From assembly GCA_963927715.1 (NCBI GenBank), contig CAWVBU010000002.1:515550-579549 (forward strand): 64,000 nucleotides of DNA, given 5' to 3'. Made by a program: the position numbers and the translations under genes. Below the pieces are notes generated by a model. That model ran no database searches and was not told where the DNA came from. It saw only the letters and a list, made by a program, of their open reading frames with translations. Below, in pieces: positions 1-9,006 of the stretch. This DNA comes from an uncultured Blautia sp. GTDB taxonomy: Bacteria; Bacillota; Clostridia; Lachnospirales; Lachnospiraceae. How positions within the stretch are numbered: the stretch's first letter is position 1; each line of letters opens with the position of its first letter.

Positions 1-1079
1 GCTGTGTGCAGAAAGCAAAGAATCAGCCCATGGACCGGGAGCGGATCCTCGCGCAGATCAAAAAGAGCGGAGGGACTCCCTATGAGCTGGATCCTGTTTC
101 GCTCTCCATGGGAGAGGACATCTTTCTCCCGGTAAAGGAGTTGAATGAGCTTCGCCGGCGCGGGCTGCAGGAGCTGGAAGAGCGGGCTGCGGATGCGTAC
201 CGCAGAGAACGCCCTCCGAAGCCGGAGTTCGCGGAAAAAGAAGATTTCTGTGAGAAACCGCGGCAGGAGAGAAGATCCGGCGAACCATGGGCGTTCTACG
301 CGTCCTGTGAGACCGGGGAACAGTTCGCGGTCTGTGAAGAGGAACGCGGTATCAAGGGAATCTACGCCAATTACCGGGAGATTCGTGACTGTCTAAAACG
401 AGGCAATCCAAAAGGCAAGGAGCTCTATTGGATGTTTCCCCATGTGGAGCGTATGGCGGATCAGGAATTTTACTCAAAAGAGCGCTGCCAGGCTCTCCTG
501 GATCAGGGGCTGAGCGGTTTTCTGGTACGCAGTCTGGAGAGTTACTGCCGGCTGGAACGGATGGGGTTCGCCTCGCGCTGTGTTCTGGACAGTTCCCTTT
601 ACACGTGGAATCATCTCGCCCAGGATTTCTGGGAAGAACGGGGAGTTCTGCGGGATACGGTTCCCCTGGAGCTGAATGGGAGGGAGCTCTCCCATCGGCG
701 CAATGAGAAGAGTGAGCTGCTGATCTACGGCTATTTGCCCCTGATGATTTCCGCCCAGTGTGTCCGGAAAAACCTGGACAGATGCAGAAACGACGGCGGG
801 CGGGTATTTCTCAAAGACCGATACGGAAAAATCTTTCCGGTTCAGTGTTTCTGCGGCAGCTGTTATAATGTGATTTACAACAGCCTTCCCTATGGGCTGC
901 CGGATGAGGCAGAGCAGATCCGGGCGCTGGGACCGGCGGCGCTTCGGCTGTCCTTCACGCTGGAGGACGCGGCTGAGGTACGGCGGATTCTCAGAGATTT
1001 TCGCGGATCCTGTCAGACGGGCAGAATCATGCCCAAAAGAGAGCTGACCAAAGGGCATTTTAAAAGAGGAGTAGAATGA
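1..1079 (+). CDS. U32 family peptidase/hydroxylase, C-terminal part (5' truncated by window edge)
   Basis: ORF 6..1079 has no RBS or real start. Segments such as VLDSSLYTWN, LIYGYLPLMISAQC and LKDRYGKIFPV..CYNVIYNS resemble the C-terminal half of long clostridial U32 proteins found upstream of ftsW/pbp. Confidence 0.65.
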   Translation, partial: CVQKAKNQPMDRERILAQIKKSGGTPYELDPVSLSMGEDIFLPVKELNELRRRGLQELEERAADAYRRERPPKPEFAEKEDFCEKPRQERRSGEPWAFYASCETGEQFAVCEEERGIKGIYANYREIRDCLKRGNPKGKELYWMFPHVERMADQEFYSKERCQALLDQGLSGFLVRSLESYCRLERMGFASRCVLDSSLYTWNHLAQDFWEERGVLRDTVPLELNGRELSHRRNEKSELLIYGYLPLMISAQCVRKNLDRCRNDGGRVFLKDRYGKIFPVQCFCGSCYNVIYNSLPYGLPDEAEQIRALGPAALRLSFTLEDAAEVRRILRDFRGSCQTGRIMPKRELTKGHFKRGVE

Positions 1080-1083
1080 CATC

Positions 1084-2478
1084 GTGATCAACATAATTGT
1101 AGAGTTGTCCAAGTATTTAATTTTGATTTTAATGATTCTGTACACGCTGCAGTGTTTCAATATGTTCCGCATCAAAGACAGGGACGGACGCCGGCGTCTG
1201 CTGGCAAAGCAGGTGATGCTGCTTTTTTTCCTGGATCTTGTGGCGTTTACAGTGATTTATCTGAACACTATGGATTTCAAGGTGATCGAGTATTACCTGG
1301 CAGTTACCGTCTATATCGCGGCCCTGCAGATTCTGTACCGGCTGCTGTATAAAACCGCGTCGCTTCTTCTGGTCAACAACATGTGTATGCTTCTGAGCGT
1401 GGGATTTATCATCCTGTGCAGGCTGGATATGGAGAAAGCGGCCCGGCAGTTCATGATTGTGGCGGCCGGATCGGTGGTGGGACTGATTCTCCCGGTTCTG
1501 ATCCGGAAGATGAAATTCCTGCGCAGGCTGACCTGGTTCTACGCAGGCATCGGGATCTGCCTTCTGGCGGTGGTGCTGGTTCTGGGCGCGACGACCTATG
1601 GCGCGAGACTGTCCATTTTCGGTGTCCAGCCGTCGGAGATTGTGAAGATTACCTTCGTGTTTTTCATGGCGGCGTTCTTTCAGAGGGGGACGTCTTTTCG
1701 GGATGTGGTCATCGCCACGGTGGTGGCGGGCGCCCATGTGCTGATTCTGGTTCTTTCCACTGACCTGGGCAGCGCATTGGTTTTCTTCGTGGCCTATCTG
1801 GTTATGGTATATGTGGCCACGAGAAATCCAGGCTATCTGGCGCTGGGACTTGGCGGAGGAAGCCTCGCCTCGGTGGCGGCATATTTTCTGTTCGGCCATG
1901 TGCGTCAGAGGGTAGTGGCCTGGAGAGATCCCATGTCGGTCTATGACCGGGAAGGGTATCAGATCGTCCAGTCTCTGTTCGCCATCGGAACCGGCGGCTG
2001 GTTCGGCATGGGACTTTGTCAGGGCGCGTCCAAAGGCGTGCTTCCGGTGGTGGAAGAGGACTTTGTCTTCGCGGCGATCTGTGAGGAGCTGGGAATCTTG
2101 TTCGCGATCTGTCTGATTCTGGTCTGCATGAGTTTCTTTCTGATGGTTGTGAACATCTCTCTCCAGATCAAGAACAACTTTTATAAGCTGATCGCTCTGG
2201 GACTGGGGACGGAATACGCGTTCCAGGTATTTCTGACCATCGGCGGAGCCACCAAGTTCATCCCGATGACCGGAATTACGCTTCCTCTGGTCAGTTACGG
2301 AGGAAGCTCCGCGATGAGTACGATTATTATGCTGGCAATTATTCAGGGACTTTATATATTGAGGGAAGATGAAGATGAGGAAATTGAGGAAAGAAGACAA
2401 AAACGACAGGCTCAGGCAGAGAGATTTCCAGGAGAGAGAAGCGCACATGCGCCGGGAACCCCAAGGTATCCCCGGTAA
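1084..2478 (+). CDS. FtsW/RodA/SpoVE family SEDS protein
   Basis: Multi-TM; SEDS motifs QPSEIVKI, DLGSAL, GYQIVQSLFAIGTGGWFG, DFVFAAICEELG, IPMTGITLPLVSYGGSS. Confidence 0.95.
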   Translation: MINIIVELSKYLILILMILYTLQCFNMFRIKDRDGRRRLLAKQVMLLFFLDLVAFTVIYLNTMDFKVIEYYLAVTVYIAALQILYRLLYKTASLLLVNNMCMLLSVGFIILCRLDMEKAARQFMIVAAGSVVGLILPVLIRKMKFLRRLTWFYAGIGICLLAVVLVLGATTYGARLSIFGVQPSEIVKITFVFFMAAFFQRGTSFRDVVIATVVAGAHVLILVLSTDLGSALVFFVAYLVMVYVATRNPGYLALGLGGGSLASVAAYFLFGHVRQRVVAWRDPMSVYDREGYQIVQSLFAIGTGGWFGMGLCQGASKGVLPVVEEDFVFAAICEELGILFAICLILVCMSFFLMVVNISLQIKNNFYKLIALGLGTEYAFQVFLTIGGATKFIPMTGITLPLVSYGGSSAMSTIIMLAIIQGLYILREDEDEEIEERRQKRQAQAERFPGERSAHAPGTPRYPR

Positions 2479-3889
2479 GGAAAAGAAACATCGTTCCAAA
2501 AACAGGGAGTTTACAATTATTTCTTATTTCTTTGTGGCGATCTTTGTCTCCCTGATCGGCTATCTGGTTTATTTTACGGTTTTTCGCAGTGAGGACTTTA
2601 TCAACAGCCCCTACAACACCCGGCAGGACAGTTTCGCGGATCAGGTGGTGCGGGGACAGATTCTCTCCTCGGACGGACAGGTTCTGGCCAGAACCGATGT
2701 GGACGGGGAGGGCAATGAGACCCGGGTCTATCCCTACGCCAATGTGTTTTCCCATGTGGTGGGTTACGCGACTCAGGGAAAGAGCGGCCTGGAGACCGAG
2801 GCGAATTTCGAACTTCTGACTTCGCATGCCTTTTTCCTGGAACAGCTGAAGAATCAGTTCCAGGATCAGAAAAATCAGGGTGACAATGTCGTCACCACGC
2901 TGAATACGACTCTCCAGCAGACAGCTTATGATGCGCTGGGAGACCGCAGGGGAGCGGTGGTGGTCATGGAACCGGACACCGGCAGGATTCTCGCCATGGT
3001 GTCGAAACCGGATTTTGATCCGAATACCATCGACGCGGACTGGGATTATCTGATCAGCGATTCCAGCGACAGCCGGCTTTTGAACCGGGCCACGTCCGGA
3101 CAGTACCCGCCGGGATCCGTATTTAAAATTGTGGACGCGCTGGCTTATTACCGGGAGCACGGCACCCTGCAGGATTTCAGTTATCTGTGTCAGGGAAGCA
3201 TTACGGTGGACGGGCATACGATTCCCTGTTACGGGGGAGCGGTGCACGGCCAGGAAGATCTGTACTCGGCGTTTGCCAATTCCTGCAACAGCGCGTTTGC
3301 CCAGATCGGCCTGGATCTGGGAGGAGACCTTCTGGAGGAAACCAGTGAGGATCTGCTGTTCAATCGTTCCCTCCCGCTTTCCATGTCTTACCGGAAAAGT
3401 GATTTTTCCCTGAACGACCGCTCCGGCTCACCGCTGACGATGCAGACTGCCATCGGCCAGGGAAATACACTGGTGGCCCCCATGCACATGGCGCTGATCA
3501 CCTCAGCCATCGCCAATCAGGGAGTGCTGATGCAGCCGTATCTCATTGAGCGGGTGGAGAATTATTCCGGGGAGGAAGTGGATACCACAGAGCCGGAGGC
3601 TTACCGGACGCTGATGAGCAATACCGAGGCGAATCTTCTCGGGGATCTGATGACGGAAGTAGTGACATCCGGAACCGCTCAGGCTCTGAACGGAAGGGGC
3701 TACACGGCAGCCGGAAAGACCGGATCCGCGGAGTATAACGAGGCCGGGGACAGCCATTCCTGGTTTGTGGGATACAGCAATGTCTCGGATCCGGATCTGG
3801 TGGTCAGTATCATTGTGGAAGGCGGAGGCACAGGCAGCGAGGCTGCCGTACCCATTGCCGGACAGATCTTTGATGCCTATTATTATTGA
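2369..3889 (+). CDS. Class B penicillin-binding protein (transpeptidase); start uncertain (2369/2375 or later)
   Basis: N-terminal TM anchor, RGQILSSDG, YPPGSVFK (SxxK), SCN (SxN), GKTGSAE (KTG); paired with the SEDS gene. Confidence 0.93.
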   Translation: MKMRKLRKEDKNDRLRQRDFQEREAHMRREPQGIPGKEKKHRSKNREFTIISYFFVAIFVSLIGYLVYFTVFRSEDFINSPYNTRQDSFADQVVRGQILSSDGQVLARTDVDGEGNETRVYPYANVFSHVVGYATQGKSGLETEANFELLTSHAFFLEQLKNQFQDQKNQGDNVVTTLNTTLQQTAYDALGDRRGAVVVMEPDTGRILAMVSKPDFDPNTIDADWDYLISDSSDSRLLNRATSGQYPPGSVFKIVDALAYYREHGTLQDFSYLCQGSITVDGHTIPCYGGAVHGQEDLYSAFANSCNSAFAQIGLDLGGDLLEETSEDLLFNRSLPLSMSYRKSDFSLNDRSGSPLTMQTAIGQGNTLVAPMHMALITSAIANQGVLMQPYLIERVENYSGEEVDTTEPEAYRTLMSNTEANLLGDLMTEVVTSGTAQALNGRGYTAAGKTGSAEYNEAGDSHSWFVGYSNVSDPDLVVSIIVEGGGTGSEAAVPIAGQIFDAYYY

Positions 3890-3890
3890 G

Positions 3891-3919
3891 TTGCCAGAGT
3901 CTTTGAAAAGAGTTATACT
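3891..3919 (+). promoter_or_regulatory. sigmaA-type promoter for NUDIX gene
   Basis: TTGCCA-17 nt-TATACT. Confidence 0.6.
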
Positions 3920-3955
3920 ACTATATAGTAAAACACACGCAGGAGGAATTGCCCG

Positions 3956-4408
3956 ATGATTGAAGCAACAAGCTGCGGCGGTGTGGTGATTTATCGTGGA
4001 AAGATACTGGCTCTGTACAAATCCTATAAGAACCGTTACGAGGGTTGGGTTCTCCCCAAAGGGACTGTGGAAGCGGGGGAGGACTTTGAACAGACGGCTC
4101 TGCGGGAAGTCCAGGAGGAAGCAGGAGTCCGGGCGTCAATTGTAAAATATATCGGAAGCAGCCAGTATAATTTTACAGTGCCCGAAGATATGGTGAATAA
4201 GGAGGTCCACTGGTACCTGATGTCTGCTGAGAATTATCACAGCAGGCCGCAGAAAGAAGAGTACTTTGTGGATTCCGGCTATTACAAATTCCATGAAGTC
4301 TATCATCTGCTGCGTTTCGCCAATGAAAAGCAGATCGTGGAGAAGGCTTATCATGAATATCTGGAACTGAAAAAAGCAAATTTGTGGGCGAGAAGAAAAT
4401 ATTATTGA
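3956..4408 (+). CDS. NUDIX hydrolase
   Basis: Nudix box LPKGTVEAGEDFEQTALREVQEEAG; RBS AGGAGG. Confidence 0.93.
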   Translation: MIEATSCGGVVIYRGKILALYKSYKNRYEGWVLPKGTVEAGEDFEQTALREVQEEAGVRASIVKYIGSSQYNFTVPEDMVNKEVHWYLMSAENYHSRPQKEEYFVDSGYYKFHEVYHLLRFANEKQIVEKAYHEYLELKKANLWARRKYY

Positions 4409-4442
4409 TTTCCAAGAGAGGTCTTTTTTCCCGGCAGACTGC

Positions 4443-4494
4443 ACAGAACATGCAGAGGGATGTACGCAGGTGCGTTTCTCTGCATGTTTTGTTT
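4443..4494 (+). terminator. Probable intrinsic terminator
   Basis: Stem ACAGAACATGCAGAG / CTCTGCATGTTTTGT followed by T-rich tail. Confidence 0.6.
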
Positions 4495-4561
4495 AGAAAC
4501 TCCTCAGAAGGGAAAGCTTAGAGGAGAGAAGTTCCGGCGGGAAAATCAGAAAAAGTAGAGG

Positions 4562-4882
4562 GTGGAAGATTTGAACTGGTATCGAAGAATGTATCTGAGC
4601 GAGTCCGCGAAACAACATGCGAAACGAACCATTTCCAGGCTGAATCGCGGGAAATTTATTCCCGGGTATTATCTGATTACGCTGTCCGAACACCCGGAAC
4701 ACCTGCTGGAGATTATCGGAAGCGGTTATCTGGCGCAGAAATCTCTTCGGGAACGTTGCCCTCTGGTGGTGGGAATGACCCGGGATAAGCAGGAGGCGCT
4801 GGAACTGGTCCGGCAGATTCTGGCGGAGACCTATGAACACAGGGGAGATTTTCAGGTAAAAGAATATCTACGGGACAGGTGA
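4562..4882 (+). CDS. Hypothetical protein
   Basis: 106 aa ORF, GTG start with upstream GAGG; codon style like neighbours. Confidence 0.75.
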   Translation: MEDLNWYRRMYLSESAKQHAKRTISRLNRGKFIPGYYLITLSEHPEHLLEIIGSGYLAQKSLRERCPLVVGMTRDKQEALELVRQILAETYEHRGDFQVKEYLRDR

Positions 4883-4886
4883 AAGA

Positions 4887-5777
4887 ATGCTACATATTCT
4901 TTGGTTAATCATAAAACTGATTCTAATTATACTGGGAATTGTGCTGGCTGTTCTGCTTGCGGCGGCGGCCGTGCTGCTTTTCTGTCCCCTGCGTTATCAG
5001 GGACAGATGAAAAAAGAGCCGGAGCTTCTATGGGCCCAGGGAAAACTATCCTGGCTGTTCGGGGCAGTCTGTCTGACCGCGTCTTATCAGGGAGAACCGG
5101 GTGCGGAATATTCGGTGAAAATTTTCGGCGTGAAGCTTTCCACTTACCGCCGCTGGGCGAAAAAACTGCGGAGAAAGAAAAAGAAGCGTCCGGCTGCCGG
5201 GAAAACAGAAAGCGCCGGGAAAGAGCTTTCGGATTTCGAAAGAGAAGAGCGGATAGAATCCGCGCCGGCGACGCAGACTACCCATGAGAAGGAAAAGCAG
5301 GAGAAAAGAAAAACGAGAAGCAGGATTTTCTCCTGGTTTGGGAGGATTCTGCGGATACCGGGAGGAATGGTCCGGGCTTTTCGGGATTTGCGTTGTACAT
5401 TCAAAAAGATCTGTGATAAAATAAGACAGACAAAAAAGTTTTTTGAAAATGAGAAAGTAAGAGCAGTTGTCAGGCTGATTTTTCAGCAGTCCAAAAAGGT
5501 GCTGCGGCATGTCCGTCCCAGAACCGCCAGAGGCGAGCTTTGTTTCGGGACGGGAGATCCGGCATCTACGGGGCAGATTCTCGGCGTTCTGGGCGTGGCG
5601 TATCCTCTGTATGGAAATACGCTGGCTGTAACGCCGGATTTTGAAAAACGCAGGCTGGAAGGACAGCTTTTCATAAAGGGAAGGATTTTCGGATATTTTC
5701 TTCTGTGGATGGGACTGGAGTTATACCGGAATCCGGATGTGAAAATCATGATTCAGAAAATCAGGAAGGCGAAATAG
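4887..5777 (+). CDS. DUF2953-type membrane protein
   Basis: N-terminal TM, Lys-rich linker, C-terminal GTGDPASTGQILG..YP motif; directly upstream of gerW/ytfJ. Confidence 0.75.
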   Translation: MLHILWLIIKLILIILGIVLAVLLAAAAVLLFCPLRYQGQMKKEPELLWAQGKLSWLFGAVCLTASYQGEPGAEYSVKIFGVKLSTYRRWAKKLRRKKKKRPAAGKTESAGKELSDFEREERIESAPATQTTHEKEKQEKRKTRSRIFSWFGRILRIPGGMVRAFRDLRCTFKKICDKIRQTKKFFENEKVRAVVRLIFQQSKKVLRHVRPRTARGELCFGTGDPASTGQILGVLGVAYPLYGNTLAVTPDFEKRRLEGQLFIKGRIFGYFLLWMGLELYRNPDVKIMIQKIRKAK

Positions 5778-5789
5778 GAGGGCTTTGCT

Positions 5790-6239
5790 ATGGCGACAGA
5801 AAACAATTTCAAAGAAACGATACAGTCTCTGTTCAGCGGGATGGACAGCTTTGTATCCGCGAAAACCGTGGTGGGTGACGCGATTCACATCGGAGATACC
5901 ATTATTCTGCCTCTGGTGGATGTGGCTTTCGGCGTGGGAGCCGGCGCGTTCTCCCAGGAAGCCAAGAATAACGGAGGCGGCGGACTGGGCGGAAAAATGA
6001 CTCCCTGCGCGGTGCTTGTGATCCAGAACGGGACGACGAAGCTGGTTAATATCAAGCATCAGGACGGCCTGACCAAGATCCTGGACATGGTGCCGGATTT
6101 CGTGAATAAGTTTACCGCGGGAGACTCTCAGACGGCCGAAGACGCCGATGAAGTGGTGGAGCGGGTTGTGACGGAGACGAAAGTCCGAACGGAGAAGAAT
6201 GCGGACGCGCAAAAAGAAGAGTGTTCAGACGAAGAATAA
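5790..6239 (+). CDS. GerW/YtfJ family sporulation protein
   Basis: KTVVGDAIHIGDTIILPLVDVAFGVGAG, GGGGLGGKMTPCAVLVI. Confidence 0.88.
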   Translation: MATENNFKETIQSLFSGMDSFVSAKTVVGDAIHIGDTIILPLVDVAFGVGAGAFSQEAKNNGGGGLGGKMTPCAVLVIQNGTTKLVNIKHQDGLTKILDMVPDFVNKFTAGDSQTAEDADEVVERVVTETKVRTEKNADAQKEECSDEE

Positions 6240-6285
6240 GCACATATACTGAAGTGAGGGCATAGAGAAAGAAGTGGGCTGCCAT

Positions 6286-6423
6286 ATGAACCGAGTGGCC
6301 GGTCTCGCGATATTTTTCACCGGTGTGGGGATTGTCATCGGTCTGATTGCGCCGGACTGTCTGGTGCTGGCATTGATCGCGGCCTGCTGTCTGCTGGCCG
6401 GATATCATTTGTTCTGCTGTTAA
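6286..6423 (+). CDS. Small (45 aa) two-TM membrane protein, not in the supplied ORF track
   Basis: My translation: MNRVAGLAIFFTGVGIVIGLIAPDCLVLALIAACCLLAGYHLFCC*; followed by a terminator hairpin. Confidence 0.7.
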   Translation: MNRVAGLAIFFTGVGIVIGLIAPDCLVLALIAACCLLAGYHLFCC

Positions 6424-6429
6424 AGGGTG

Positions 6430-6466
6430 TTTCCCGCGAAAAGGGGAAGCGCCCTTTTTTTGGGAA
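6430..6466 (+). terminator. Terminator after small membrane protein
   Basis: AAAAGGGG-AAGC-GCCCTTTTTTT hairpin with T tract. Confidence 0.6.
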
Positions 6467-6473
6467 TCCGGCA

Positions 6474-6525
6474 ATAAAAAAAGAAGCCATTGCCCGCAGA
6501 TGAACTCTGCCGCAACAGCCTCTTG
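6474..6525 (-). terminator. rpmB terminator
   Basis: Minus strand AAGAGGCTGTTGC...GCAATGGCTTCTT followed by T run. Confidence 0.65.
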
Positions 6526-6531
6526 ACTTTA

Positions 6532-6720
6532 CTAGGCTCTCTCAACTTTTCCGGATCTCAGACAGGAAGTACAAACGTACATCTTTTTCGCAGCTCCGTT
6601 TGCTGTCTTAACTTTTACAGATTTTACATTGGATTTCCACATCTTATTTGATCTTCTATGTGAATGACTCACGTTGTTTCCGAAATGAGCAGCTTTTTCA
6701 CAAATTGCGCACTTAGCCAT
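6532..6720 (-). CDS. rpmB: 50S ribosomal protein L28
   Basis: MAKCAICEKAAHFGNNVSHSHRRSNKMWKSNVK...CTSCLRSGKV; RBS GGAGG. Confidence 0.97.
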   Translation of the reverse strand: MAKCAICEKAAHFGNNVSHSHRRSNKMWKSNVKSVKVKTANGAAKKMYVCTSCLRSGKVERA

Positions 6721-6962
6721 GATAGCACCTCCTTGACGCTTTTTTCAACAAGCAATATTTTAACAGAATGATTTCGCTTTTGCAAGTAAAATTAGAAAAA
6801 AATTCACATTAATATTTCATTTTTGGGGAAAAGAGGTTATAATACAAACATGACGGACTGCAGGATTGCCAACACGCAGGACGCGGGAGAGCGGATCCGG
6901 CAGTTTTTCTTTCAATTTACAGAGAAAAGAAATGGAATATCATAGACATGGAGGTATGAGTT

Positions 6963-7322
6963 ATGAATGGACGTATTGATTCCGGACTGGGATCCATCGT
7001 AATTGATACAGATGTGATCGCCACGTATGCGGGAAGCGTAGCGGTTGAGTGCTTCGGAATCGTGGGGATGGCAGCCATCAGCATGAAGGACGGACTGGTA
7101 AAACTGCTTCGCCGGGACAGCCTGAAACACGGAATTAACGTGAAAATCGGGGAGGACAATCAGATTTGTCTGGAGTTCCATGTGATTGTGGCCTATGGCG
7201 TGAATATCGGAACCATCGCGGAGAATCTGCAGAGTAATGTGAAATACAAAGTAGAAGCATTCACCGGAATGAAGATCAGTCAGATTAATGTTCTGGTAGA
7301 AGGCGTTCGCGCGATAGATTAA
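6963..7322 (+). CDS. Asp23/Gls24 family protein (YloU-like)
   Basis: AVECFGIVGMAA...EFHVIVAYGVNI...VKYKVEAFTGMKISQINVLVEGV; typical rpmB-yloU-yloV-recG order. Confidence 0.92.
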   Translation: MNGRIDSGLGSIVIDTDVIATYAGSVAVECFGIVGMAAISMKDGLVKLLRRDSLKHGINVKIGEDNQICLEFHVIVAYGVNIGTIAENLQSNVKYKVEAFTGMKISQINVLVEGVRAID

Positions 7323-7341
7323 TCGAAGGAGGATACTTGCG

Positions 7342-9006
7342 GTGAATAAGAATACCATAGATGCCAGTATGTTATCGAAAATGTTTCTGGCAGGAGCGAA
7401 AAATCTGGAGGCCAAGAAGGAATGGATCAACGAGCTGAATGTGTTCCCGGTTCCGGACGGGGACACGGGCACCAATATGACGCTGACCATTATGGCCGCG
7501 GCGGCGGAGGTCAGTCAGATTCAGGATCTCAATATGGAAAAGCTGGCGAAGGCGATTTCCTCCGGTTCCCTGCGCGGAGCAAGAGGAAACTCCGGCGTTA
7601 TCCTCTCTCAGCTTCTGAGAGGTTTTACGAGAAGTGTGGCAAAGCATCAGACACTGGACAGCATTTCTCTGGCGGCAGCCATGGAAAAGGCTGTGGAGAC
7701 GGCGTACAAAGCGGTTATGAAGCCGAAGGAGGGCACCATCCTCACTGTCGCGAAGGAAGCGGCCGCGAAAGCCATGGAGATTGCCGATGAGACGGAGGAC
7801 CTTCAGAACTTTTTTGAAGATATTTTTACTCACGCCCAGAATACTCTGGAGAAAACCCCGGAGATGCTTCCCGTGCTGAAGGAAGCCGGGGTTGTGGACT
7901 CCGGCGGACAGGGACTGATCGAGGTCCTGAGAGGCGCGATCGACGCGTATCTGGGAAAAGAAGTGGATTATACCTTTGATTCCGGGATTTCTTCGCCGAA
8001 GGTGACGAAGATTTCCCCGCAGGCGGAGGCGGATATCAAATTCGGCTACTGTACGGAATTTATCATTCTGCTCAGGGATCCGATGCCGGAGGAGGAAGAA
8101 CACCGTTTCAAGGAATTCCTCATGTCCATCGGAGATTCCATCGTTCTGGTGGCGGATGATGATCTGGTAAAAGTACATGTGCACACCAATCATCCGGGAC
8201 AGGCCATCGAGAAGGCACTGACCTACGGCGCGCTTTCCAGGATGAAGATTGATAATATGCGGGAGGAGCATCAGGAGAAACTGATCAAGGATTCCCAGCG
8301 GCTTGCCGAGGAACAGGCCAGAGAGGAACAGAAAAACACACCGCGCAAGGATGTGGGATTCATCAGCGTTTCCGCGGGAGAGGGAATGAAAGAGATCTTC
8401 CGGGATCTGGGCGTGGATTACCTGATCGAGGGCGGCCAGACCATGAATCCCAGCACGGAAGACATGCTCAAAGCCATTGAACAGGTGAACGCGGATACCA
8501 TTTACATCTTCCCGAACAACAAGAACATTATCCTGGCTGCCAATCAGGCGCGGGATCTCACCGAAGACAAGAACATTGTCGTGATCCCGACCAAGACCAT
8601 TCCCCAGGGAATCTCCGCGCTGATCAGTTTTGTGCCGGAGAAATCCACGGAGGAGAACACAGAAGAGATGACCGAGACCATCCTGGGTGTGAAGACCGGA
8701 CAGATTACCTATGCGGTGCGTGACACCCGACTGGATGAGAAGGACATCCATGAAGGCGATCTGATGGGAATCGGAGATCACGGAATTCTCTCGGTGGGCG
8801 CGGACGTGCAGGAAGTGGCGCTGGATACCACGGCACAGATGATGGATGAGGATTCGGAAGTGATCAGCATCTATTATGGAAAGGATATGTCCGAGGAGCA
8901 GGCACAGGCCCTGGCGGAAAAGCTGGAAGAAACATATCCGGACTGCGATGTGGAAGTCAATGACGGCGGACAGCCGATCTATTACTATGTGATTTCGGTG
9001 GAATGA
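7342..9006 (+). CDS. DAK2 domain fusion protein (YloV/FakA fatty acid kinase subunit)
   Basis: NELNVFPVPDGDTGTNMTLT, GARGNSGVILSQ, KPKEGTILTV, GVVDSGGQG, GGQTMNPST. Confidence 0.95.
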   Translation: MNKNTIDASMLSKMFLAGAKNLEAKKEWINELNVFPVPDGDTGTNMTLTIMAAAAEVSQIQDLNMEKLAKAISSGSLRGARGNSGVILSQLLRGFTRSVAKHQTLDSISLAAAMEKAVETAYKAVMKPKEGTILTVAKEAAAKAMEIADETEDLQNFFEDIFTHAQNTLEKTPEMLPVLKEAGVVDSGGQGLIEVLRGAIDAYLGKEVDYTFDSGISSPKVTKISPQAEADIKFGYCTEFIILLRDPMPEEEEHRFKEFLMSIGDSIVLVADDDLVKVHVHTNHPGQAIEKALTYGALSRMKIDNMREEHQEKLIKDSQRLAEEQAREEQKNTPRKDVGFISVSAGEGMKEIFRDLGVDYLIEGGQTMNPSTEDMLKAIEQVNADTIYIFPNNKNIILAANQARDLTEDKNIVVIPTKTIPQGISALISFVPEKSTEENTEEMTETILGVKTGQITYAVRDTRLDEKDIHEGDLMGIGDHGILSVGADVQEVALDTTAQMMDEDSEVISIYYGKDMSEEQAQALAEKLEETYPDCDVEVNDGGQPIYYYVISVE

